From Edaphobacter aggregans (GTDB lineage: Bacteria > Acidobacteriota > Terriglobia > Terriglobales > Acidobacteriaceae), in contig NZ_RSDW01000001.1 in NCBI RefSeq assembly GCF_003945235.1, forward strand, positions 2,760,001 through 2,792,000: a DNA stretch of 32,000 nucleotides, written 5' to 3'. A program made the translations under genes and the position numbers. Shown piece by piece: positions 26,072-32,000 of this stretch. The number at the start of each line of letters is the position of its first letter. The stretch's first letter is position 1. The notes below the pieces were generated by a model. The model was not told the origin of the DNA and searched no databases. It saw only the letters and a list, made by a program, of their open reading frames with translations.

Positions 26072-26842
26072 TCACCGATGCCGCATTCGCAGACTCTGCC
26101 AGCTTCCATCCGCAGTCCAGCCGCCATCCACCGCCAACGCCTGCCCGTTGATAAAGCCGCTCTTAGCCGGGTCAGCCAAAAACAAAATCGCCTGAGCAAT
26201 ATCGTCCGGCGAAGCAAACCGTCCCATCGGATTGACTCCAATAATGTCGTCATCCGTATAGCCGCCACCAGCCTGATCTGCGACATCCATCGCCGTCTTC
26301 ACCCATCCCGGACACACCGCATTGCAACGAACCCCACGCCCACCCCACTCCGCCGCCAGCGTGCGCGTCAACCCAACCAGCCCATGCTTCGAAGCGTTGT
26401 AAGCCGTCCGATCGCCAATCCCCACCAACCCGGCAATCGACGCAACATTCACAATGCTGCCCTCACCCTGCTCCAGCATCAAGGCTCCAAACTCCTTCGC
26501 CAGAACAAACGGCGCCACCAGATTCACCTCCAGCACCCGCCGAAACGCCCGAGCCTCCACCTTCTCTGCAGGAGAGATAAAGCTGATCCCAGCGTTATTC
26601 ACCAGCACATCCACCCGATTCCACCGCCCCCGAACCGTCTCCACCGCCCGCGCCACCACATCTTCATCGCAGATATCGCCGATCAGCTCCTCCGCCTCAA
26701 CGCCATACCCGCGAACCGCCGCCAGCGTCGCAGCGCAGCTCTGGATATCCATTAACGCTACCGAATAACCAACCATGGCGAGAGTTTCTGCCGTCCTTCG
26801 CCCGATCCCCTGCGCCGCTCCTGTAACAATCGCAACTCGCAT
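26072..26842 (-). CDS. Short-chain dehydrogenase/reductase (SDR) family oxidoreductase
   Basis: 256 aa. TGAAQGIGR cofactor motif, NNAG, and the catalytic YNASKHG. Confidence 0.9.
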   Translation of the reverse strand: MRVAIVTGAAQGIGRRTAETLAMVGYSVALMDIQSCAATLAAVRGYGVEAEELIGDICDEDVVARAVETVRGRWNRVDVLVNNAGISFISPAEKVEARAFRRVLEVNLVAPFVLAKEFGALMLEQGEGSIVNVASIAGLVGIGDRTAYNASKHGLVGLTRTLAAEWGGRGVRCNAVCPGWVKTAMDVADQAGGGYTDDDIIGVNPMGRFASPDDIAQAILFLADPAKSGFINGQALAVDGGWTADGSWQSLRMRHR

Positions 26843-26932
26843 ACGTTCAATCTAATTGAGAATAGAGGTTCTTATGCAGGTTCCTCTTCTCCTGCATCAA
26901 ACGCCAATAGACTATCCTTTGGCCAGACTCCT

Positions 26933-27403
26933 GTGCTTCCACATCTTCCAACCCATCTGCCTTTCGCTCTCCGAACCCCGCGAGGAATCGCCGCAATCTC
27001 CGTCGGCGCGGCAACCCTGTTGAGCATCGTCTGGTACATCGTCCGCCGCCCCCGCCCGACCCCGGAAGAGATCGAACGCGCCCGCCGCGACCTCCTCGCC
27101 ACCATGGGCCGCATCACCGACGGCACCATCACCGACGCCCCTTTCGCACCCGACGACCCCACCCACACACCCCACCTCCTCATGTACGACTACCGCATCG
27201 CCGGCGTCACCTACGAGTGCGCCCAGGACGTCACCACCCTTGCCGACCACGTCCGCGACATCCGCACCGACCTCCCCATCCAGGTCCGCTACGACCTCCA
27301 CAACCCCGCCAACAGCATCGTCGTCTCCGAATCCTGGAGTGGCCTCCGCCTCACCACCCACCACCCCCACCCAAACGAATCCGACATCGAAGCACAACAA
27401 TAG
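26933..27403 (+). CDS. DUF3592-like membrane-anchored hypothetical protein
   Basis: GTG start. One N-terminal TM segment (IAAISVGAATLLSIVWYIV), then YDYRIAGVTYECAQ...PIQVRYDLHNPANSIV, which resembles the DUF3592 pattern as I recall it. Confidence 0.55.
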   Translation: MLPHLPTHLPFALRTPRGIAAISVGAATLLSIVWYIVRRPRPTPEEIERARRDLLATMGRITDGTITDAPFAPDDPTHTPHLLMYDYRIAGVTYECAQDVTTLADHVRDIRTDLPIQVRYDLHNPANSIVVSESWSGLRLTTHHPHPNESDIEAQQ

Positions 27404-27501
27404 ATAACGCAGTCGGAACCCCACGATTGCTTCCGATGGATGGCAAAATGCCTCTTTTTAAATAAACCCTACTGCTGACGCGACACATCTTTACCTATGT
27501 C

Positions 27502-28056
27502 ATGTCCGCTTCCATATCCGACAACCCTTCCATTCGTAGCCGTGCGATGAACGCCACAACCTTGAACACGCTCGCAAACTTTCCCCAGGAACTTGAGGCC
27601 CACTACGCCGCCATTCCAGCGGAGTTCAAGAATTGGGCTCCGGCCTCATGGGAAGGCGTCCCCAGTGAACCCTTCACCGCCATTGAGCAAATCTGTCACA
27701 TACGCGACATCGAAATCGACGGATATCACGTGCGTTTTCATCGCATTCTGAACGAATCCAGCCCAACGCTCGCGTCAATCGACAGCGAGACACTCGCCAA
27801 AGAAAAATCCTATGCCACGTCAAGCGCACCCGAAGTATTCGCCGCGTTTCGCGAGGCGCGCAGCAAGACAGTCGAGCTGATCTCGGAGCTAACCCCGGAA
27901 CAACTCGCGCGAACCGCGATATTTGAAGGCTATGGCGCATTATCACTGCGCAGTTTGGTTCATTACCTGTGCAGTCATGATCAGCAACATCTAGCTGGCC
28001 TCCAGTGGCTACTAGGCAAGATCGAGGCCTCTCGGCCCCTCAAAGCGACTGATTGA
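27502..28056 (+). CDS. DinB-superfamily (DinB_2-like) protein
   Basis: 184 aa. His-containing helices ICHIRDIEIDGYHVRFHRIL and HYLCSHDQQHLAGL are typical of the DinB four-helix metal-binding fold. An alternative start is M16 (27547). Confidence 0.7.
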   Translation: MSASISDNPSIRSRAMNATTLNTLANFPQELEAHYAAIPAEFKNWAPASWEGVPSEPFTAIEQICHIRDIEIDGYHVRFHRILNESSPTLASIDSETLAKEKSYATSSAPEVFAAFREARSKTVELISELTPEQLARTAIFEGYGALSLRSLVHYLCSHDQQHLAGLQWLLGKIEASRPLKATD

Positions 28057-28057
28057 A

Positions 28058-28073
28058 CCCTACCCCGGTAGGG
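28058..28073. promoter_or_regulatory. Inverted repeat CCCTACC-CC-GGTAGGG upstream of the CDF transporter
   Basis: The 7-bp arms lie between the DinB stop (28056) and the CDF ATG (28088). No T-tract follows, so it is either an operator candidate or a weak stem-loop. Confidence 0.35.
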
Positions 28074-28087
28074 ACTACACTTAAATC

Positions 28088-29044
28088 ATGCACATGGTCG
28101 CCACTCCGAACCGCAAGATGCAGCGCGTCCTGCAGTTCTCCATGGCGCTGACATTCGCCTACGTCGTCGCCACCTTCGTCTTCGGTCTCCGCGCCCGCTC
28201 CCTGGCCCTCATCTCCGAGGCCGGCCACAACCTCAGCGATCTCTTCGCCATCCTCCTCTCCTTCGTCGCCGTCTACTTCCAGGCCCGCCCTGCAAACGAA
28301 CAGAAAACCTTCGGTTACCAGCGCGCCGGAGTCCTCGCAGCCTTCGTCAACGCCGCCACGCTCGTCGTCCTCTCGGCCTGGATCGCCTTCGAAGCCATTC
28401 ACCGCCTCGCCATCCCTGTCCCCGTCCAGCCGCGCATCATGATGGTCGTCGCCGCCGCCGGAGTCCTGATGAACGGCACCGTCGCCACCCTGCTCTGGCG
28501 TTTCTCCGGAGACGTCAACATCCGCAGCGTCTTCCTCCACATGCTCGGCGACACCCTCTCTACCGCCGCCGTCATCGTCGGAGGCGCGGCCATCCTCTTC
28601 ACCGGCATGACCTGGATCGATCCCATCCTCTCCATCATCATCGCCGCCATGATCCTCTGGAGCTCCATCGGCATCATCCGCGAGACCCTCAACATCCTCC
28701 TCGAAGGAACCCCGCGCAACCTCAAGCTGGCCTCCGTCCGCGACGCCATGCAGTCCGTCTCCGGCGTCCTCGACGTCCACGACCTCCACGTCTGGAGCCT
28801 CGGCTCAAACTCGCACGCCCTCGCCAGCCACGTCACCATCGCCGAGATGCCCATGTCCGAGTGCAGCGGGATCCTCGACGGCATCAACTGCACCCTACGC
28901 GACCGCTTCAAGATCACCCACACAACCATCCAGTTCGAAACCACCGGCTGCGAGACCACCCACGGCTGCAGCGCCCCACCCGAACTAGAAGCCGTAGGCG
29001 CCCACGACCACCATCATCACCACGGCCATTCCCACACCCACTAG
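28088..29044 (+). CDS. Cation diffusion facilitator (CDF) family divalent-metal efflux transporter (CzcD/ZitB-like)
   Basis: 318 aa with six TM segments. Motifs are SEAGHNLSDL and HMLGDTLST, a C-terminal cytoplasmic domain with VHDLHVW, and the His-rich tail HDHHHHHGHSHTH. Confidence 0.9.
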   Translation: MHMVATPNRKMQRVLQFSMALTFAYVVATFVFGLRARSLALISEAGHNLSDLFAILLSFVAVYFQARPANEQKTFGYQRAGVLAAFVNAATLVVLSAWIAFEAIHRLAIPVPVQPRIMMVVAAAGVLMNGTVATLLWRFSGDVNIRSVFLHMLGDTLSTAAVIVGGAAILFTGMTWIDPILSIIIAAMILWSSIGIIRETLNILLEGTPRNLKLASVRDAMQSVSGVLDVHDLHVWSLGSNSHALASHVTIAEMPMSECSGILDGINCTLRDRFKITHTTIQFETTGCETTHGCSAPPELEAVGAHDHHHHHGHSHTH

Positions 29045-29085
29045 CCTCCTTGCTGTGCGCCATTTGGCGATTTGAATATGCTAAA

Positions 29086-29529
29086 ATGGCGACCATGACA
29101 GTAGTGGCCATCGCCGAAGTCCTTGGCGGCAAAAAAGTCCTCAAGAAGAGAGTCGGGACTCCAGCCCAGCTGATGACGCTCATCCGTGAGGGCCTGCCCG
29201 CGGATATCCTTCCCAGCATCGCCGCCGAGCTCTCCATGGATCGCAGCGCCGTCGCCAAAGTAGTTGGCATCTCCGGCAGAACCCTCAGCCGGCGTCTTGC
29301 CTCCCGCTCCCGCCTCTCCGCCGAAGAGTCCGATCGAATGGTTCGTCTCGCCCGCGTCCTCGCGCTGGCAAACGACACCCTCGGCGATCGAACCAAAGCC
29401 TCCCGCTGGCTGCAAACTCCAAACCGAGCCCTTCAGGGCAGTACACCATTCGAGCTCCTCGACACGGATGCAGGTGTCCAATCGGTAGAAACCATTCTCG
29501 GCCGCATCGCCTACGGCATCTATAGCTGA
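29086..29529 (+). CDS. Type II antitoxin, Xre/MbcA/ParS-like (DUF2384 toxin-binding domain)
   Basis: 147 aa from ATG 29086; the tracked ORF from 28861 overlaps the CDF gene. It has an HTH-like segment (AAELSMDRSAVAKVVGISGRTLSRR) and the C-terminal A.RWL..PN.AL.G.TP.ELL.T..G...V...L.RI..G.. motif. Confidence 0.85.
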   Translation: MATMTVVAIAEVLGGKKVLKKRVGTPAQLMTLIREGLPADILPSIAAELSMDRSAVAKVVGISGRTLSRRLASRSRLSAEESDRMVRLARVLALANDTLGDRTKASRWLQTPNRALQGSTPFELLDTDAGVQSVETILGRIAYGIYS

Positions 29530-29999
29530 TGCATCTCTGGAGAATCTGCAAATCCCGCTTTGCAGCCTCAGCATTCACCGGCGAAGGAGCGCGGCTCTAT
29601 CCAGGACGCTGGAATCCCGCAGGTGTTCGCATGGTCTACACGTCCCCATCTTTGTCCTTGGCAGCCATCGAGTTCTTTGTCCATCTCGACCCCAGCGTAG
29701 CGCCCGACGACCTCGTCTCCTGCCGAGCCACCCTTCCCATCGACGAAAAGACTTTGCCTCGACTCAATTTAGGAAACCTCCCCGCCGATTGGCACACCAC
29801 CGACAACCCCACTCTCCAGTCCATTGGAGCAAACTGGACCGCCACTCAAAGCTCCGTCGCGCTTGAAGTTCCTTCGGTTGCCGTCGAAGGCGAATGGAAC
29901 GTCCTGCTGAACCCAACCCATCCAGACTTTGCAAAGATCAAGCTCGCCCCACCCAACCCCTTCCACTTCGACAAGCGAATGTTCAAACCCCTTCCTTAA
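29529..29999 (+). CDS. RES-domain toxin (NAD+-targeting, MbcT/ParT-like)
   Basis: 156 aa. GARLYPGRWNPAGVRMVYTS.SLSLAAIE...EVPSVAV..EWNVLLNP.HPDF matches the RES domain (Arg-Glu-Ser). Its ATG overlaps the antitoxin stop by 1 nt (TGATG). Confidence 0.88.
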   Translation: MHLWRICKSRFAASAFTGEGARLYPGRWNPAGVRMVYTSPSLSLAAIEFFVHLDPSVAPDDLVSCRATLPIDEKTLPRLNLGNLPADWHTTDNPTLQSIGANWTATQSSVALEVPSVAVEGEWNVLLNPTHPDFAKIKLAPPNPFHFDKRMFKPLP

Positions 30000-30036
30000 A
30001 AAGGGACAGGGAACAAGCATCCGCGCCTGTTCCCTG
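29998..30036 (-). terminator. Rho-independent terminator for the OsmC gene (minus strand)
   Basis: On the minus strand, CAGGGAACA-(12 nt)-TGTTCCCTG forms a 9-bp stem (30007-30036), followed by TCCC and TTTTT (30002-29998). It lies between the convergent RES and OsmC genes. Confidence 0.65.
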
Positions 30037-30059
30037 GTTCCTACTTCCTGTTCCCTGCT

Positions 30060-30485
30060 TTACAGCAGCGTCGCATCCAGCGTAATCTCAGCCGCCTTCA
30101 GCACCCGCGACACCGGACATCCGATCTCGGCATTGTGGGCCAGTTCATCGAACTTCGCCTTATCGAGATTCGGCACCTTCGCCTTGGTCGTCAGATGAAT
30201 CTTCGTAATCGTCGGAGCCTCTCCGTGCAGATCGAGCGTCAACAGCGCCGTCGTCTCAATCGAGTCCGCCGTGAAGCCCGCCTGGGTGAACTGAGCGCTC
30301 AGCGCCATCGTGAAGCAACCCGCATGAGCCGCCGCAATCAACTCCTCAGGGTTCGTTCCCACGCCATCGGCAAACCGCGAGCTGAAGCCATACTGCGTCT
30401 CCTTCAACGTCCCGCTCTGCGTCGAAATCGTGCCCTTGCCTTCTTTCAAACTGCCATGCCACACTGCGCTAGCGCTGCGATCCAT
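30060..30485 (-). CDS. osmC: OsmC-family peroxiredoxin
   Basis: 141 aa from ATG 30485 (AAGGAG 7 nt upstream). WHGSLKEGKGTIS..SG....YGFSSRF......NPEELIAAAHAGCFTMAL matches OsmC. The tracked 29-codon N-terminal extension is unlikely to be real. Confidence 0.9.
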   Translation of the reverse strand: MDRSASAVWHGSLKEGKGTISTQSGTLKETQYGFSSRFADGVGTNPEELIAAAHAGCFTMALSAQFTQAGFTADSIETTALLTLDLHGEAPTITKIHLTTKAKVPNLDKAKFDELAHNAEIGCPVSRVLKAAEITLDATLL

Positions 30486-30591
30486 CGTAGTTCTCCTTCG
30501 TAATTTATCTACTATCAAACCGTACATCATTCGATGCATTCCAGCCCGCAACAGCAGTTGAAAAAATCGCAAACTGCGCTACGCTATCGAA

Positions 30592-30783
30592 ATGCAGTCC
30601 CGCTCCCCCGAAGCCGTCGCCGAACCCACACCAGCCCAACCCGCCGTCACCGAGTGCCCCATAACCTCCGGCGAGCACCACTCCGTCTTCTGCCCCACCT
30701 GCTCCTCCCGCCTCCAGGACAGCCGCTGCAAACTCATCTGCAAAACCTGCGGCTACTTCCTCAGCTGCGCCGACTTTTACTAG
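30592..30783 (+). CDS. Small Cys-rich (zinc-ribbon-like) hypothetical protein
   Basis: 63-aa ORF with seven Cys: C22, C34-x2-C37, C46-x3-C50-x2-C53 and C59. Its third positions are C-rich like the neighbouring genes. It is divergent from osmC. No family recognised. Confidence 0.45.
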   Translation: MQSRSPEAVAEPTPAQPAVTECPITSGEHHSVFCPTCSSRLQDSRCKLICKTCGYFLSCADFY

Positions 30784-30863
30784 AGCCAAACCCCCACCCA
30801 TCCGCTACAATTCCGCACATCGCACACGGGTCTGAATTCACTCTCAGCAGTCGGAAAGGCGCC

Positions 30864-31286
30864 ATGCACCCCATCCGTCACAACCCCATCGCCATCCTCC
30901 TCGCAACTCTCCTCTACTTCGTGCTCGGAGCCTTCTGGTTCACGGCCTTCCGCCAAGCCTGGCTCGACGGCATCGGCCGCACCATGCAGCAGCTCGCCGC
31001 CACCGGCAACAGCCCCTTCTTCATCTACGCCATCGCTCTGGTCGGAACCTTCATTCTGGCGCTCTTCCTCTCCTGGCTCATCCAGACCACCGGCCACCAG
31101 ACGACAAAGGGCGGAATCCTCATCGCCGTCGTCACCTGGATCGGCGTCGTTCTCCCAACCTGGTCAACCGAGTACGCCTTCGAAGCCCGCGGCCTAAGGA
31201 TCCTCGTCATCAACACCGGCTACATCCTCACGGGCACGATCATCATGGGAGCCGTCCTCGGCGGCTGGAAAAAGAAGAGTACCTAG
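30864..31286 (+). CDS. DUF1761-like integral membrane protein
   Basis: 140 aa from ATG 30864. It has four hydrophobic segments, and the N-terminal NPIAILLATLLYFVLGAFWF...AW pattern resembles DUF1761. The tracked ORF from 30534 is an over-extension. Confidence 0.6.
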   Translation: MHPIRHNPIAILLATLLYFVLGAFWFTAFRQAWLDGIGRTMQQLAATGNSPFFIYAIALVGTFILALFLSWLIQTTGHQTTKGGILIAVVTWIGVVLPTWSTEYAFEARGLRILVINTGYILTGTIIMGAVLGGWKKKST

Positions 31287-31338
31287 GGAGTCTCTCGTTG
31301 CTCGCAGCTGCCCGATGCCGCCTTGCTAAAATCCCTCC

Positions 31339-31710
31339 ATGCCTACAAGCTTGATCGAACACGCTCTCCATCACGATTGGCTGGAGATAGAAGCAGAGGT
31401 ATGCGACTGCAGGTTCATCCGGGCAAAGATTGGTAGCCGCTCCAGCGTTGGCGAGGCTGCTCACTACGCAGTAGGTTTCAAATATGAAGTCAACGGGATC
31501 ACCTACCAGGGCGTCCTCAGCTCTCCCGTCGAAGTGCGGGCCCACGACAAGTTCTCTATCCGCTACAACCCCGAGTACCCCGAAGAAAACAACTCTCTCG
31601 CCTCCGAATGCGATAGAGGCTGGTTTAGGTATTACATCTACATCTTAGCCACCCTGGTCATCGGATTCGTTGTTTACGACATCGCTCGCAGCCTCGTCTT
31701 CAACCGCTGA
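31339..31710 (+). CDS. DUF3592-like hypothetical protein with a C-terminal TM segment
   Basis: 123 aa. GFKYEVNGITYQGV...FSIRYNPEYPEENN, plus the C-terminal TM YYIYILATLVIGFVVY. It is a second member of the same motif class as 26933-27403. Confidence 0.5.
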   Translation: MPTSLIEHALHHDWLEIEAEVCDCRFIRAKIGSRSSVGEAAHYAVGFKYEVNGITYQGVLSSPVEVRAHDKFSIRYNPEYPEENNSLASECDRGWFRYYIYILATLVIGFVVYDIARSLVFNR

Positions 31711-31733
31711 CCGCAGATAGTCGCGACTCGTCT

Positions 31734-31991
31734 CTAACCACCAGCAAGCCCCGCCAATATCTCCGCCGTCGACCGCACCCGAGCCACGCGCCGCAGCACC
31801 TTCTCCACCGAAAACTGGTGCACATCCGCGCCAAAGGTCGTGCAAGCGTCCTCCGCAATCACAACAGAATAGTTATGTTGCCAGGCATCCCGCGCCGTGG
31901 ACTCAACCCCTATGTGCGTCGCCACTCCAGCCAGCACAATGGTCTTGCTCCCGCGCCTGCGCAGCTGAAGATCCAGCTCCGTCCCATAAAA
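31734..31991 (-). CDS. Isochorismatase/cysteine-hydrolase family protein, C-terminal part (truncated or interrupted at the window edge)
   Basis: The minus-strand frame reads FYGTELDLQLRRRGSKTIVLAGVATHIGVESTARDA...VIAEDAC, typical of the isochorismatase family. An in-frame TAG at 31992-31994 sits immediately upstream. The N-terminal half lies outside the window. Confidence 0.6.
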   Translation of the reverse strand, partial: FYGTELDLQLRRRGSKTIVLAGVATHIGVESTARDAWQHNYSVVIAEDACTTFGADVHQFSVEKVLRRVARVRSTAEILAGLAGG

Positions 31992-32000
31992 CTATACGGA

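Noticed and set aside
27441-27462. Weak stem-loop GGCA-AAA-TGCC followed by TCTTTTT, a possible terminator after the 26933-27403 gene
   Set aside because: The stem is only 4 bp, so the hairpin would be too unstable to call confidently.
29005-29041. Histidine codon run (CAC/CAT) at the 3' end of the CDF gene as a possible slippage or phase-variation tract
   Set aside because: His-rich C-terminal tails are a normal metal-binding feature of CDF transporters. The codons alternate and do not form a homopolymer.
1-32000. Mobile element / prophage / integron signatures, and tRNA or rRNA genes
   Set aside because: I could find no integrase, transposase, recombinase, phage structural gene, attC-like site or tRNA-like cloverleaf in the intergenic regions by eye. 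A proper tRNAscan/ISfinder search was not possible.

Overview
The window is high-GC, gene-dense bacterial chromosome. It most likely comes from Acidobacteriota (Terriglobia-like). The basis is a PadR-family regulator followed by an ADOP-type duplicated FtsX permease, plus several short interspersed GTCAT-hairpin repeats that I recognise from that phylum. This assignment is an inference, not a search result. Most genes are housekeeping or carbohydrate and stress functions: GDPD phosphodiesterase, amidohydrolase, quinone oxidoreductase, ruvB, a GH5/GH27 galactomannan pair, PadR-ADOP, GNAT, XRE-cupin, an Fn3 lipoprotein, an FAH-family hydrolase, transaldolase, an acyltransferase-3 protein, hslVU, a GH79-like hydrolase, SDR, DinB, a CDF transporter, an Xre/RES toxin-antitoxin pair, OsmC, and DUF1761- and DUF3592-like proteins. 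I saw no rRNA, tRNA, CRISPR array, transposase or integrase. The stand-out locus is 18340-21302 on the minus strand. It encodes an 874-aa protein with two N-terminal zinc ribbons, a long helical region and a C-terminal CHAT (caspase-like) protease domain with an intact His/Cys dyad. A 105-aa partner with a hydrophobic core is tightly coupled downstream and resembles 'EACC1'-type effector-associated small proteins. The pair looks compositionally different from its neighbours and abuts a 700-bp repeat-filled non-coding field. I propose it as an uncharacterised protease-based conflict or defence module. Other items worth a look are an HslV with a 36-residue leader before the catalytic Thr, an apparently circularly permuted GDPD enzyme, and a low-GC DUF4265-like orphan gene. 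Many long antisense ORFs in the track are high-GC shadow ORFs and were ignored. All family assignments come from motif recognition by eye; no searches or computations were run.
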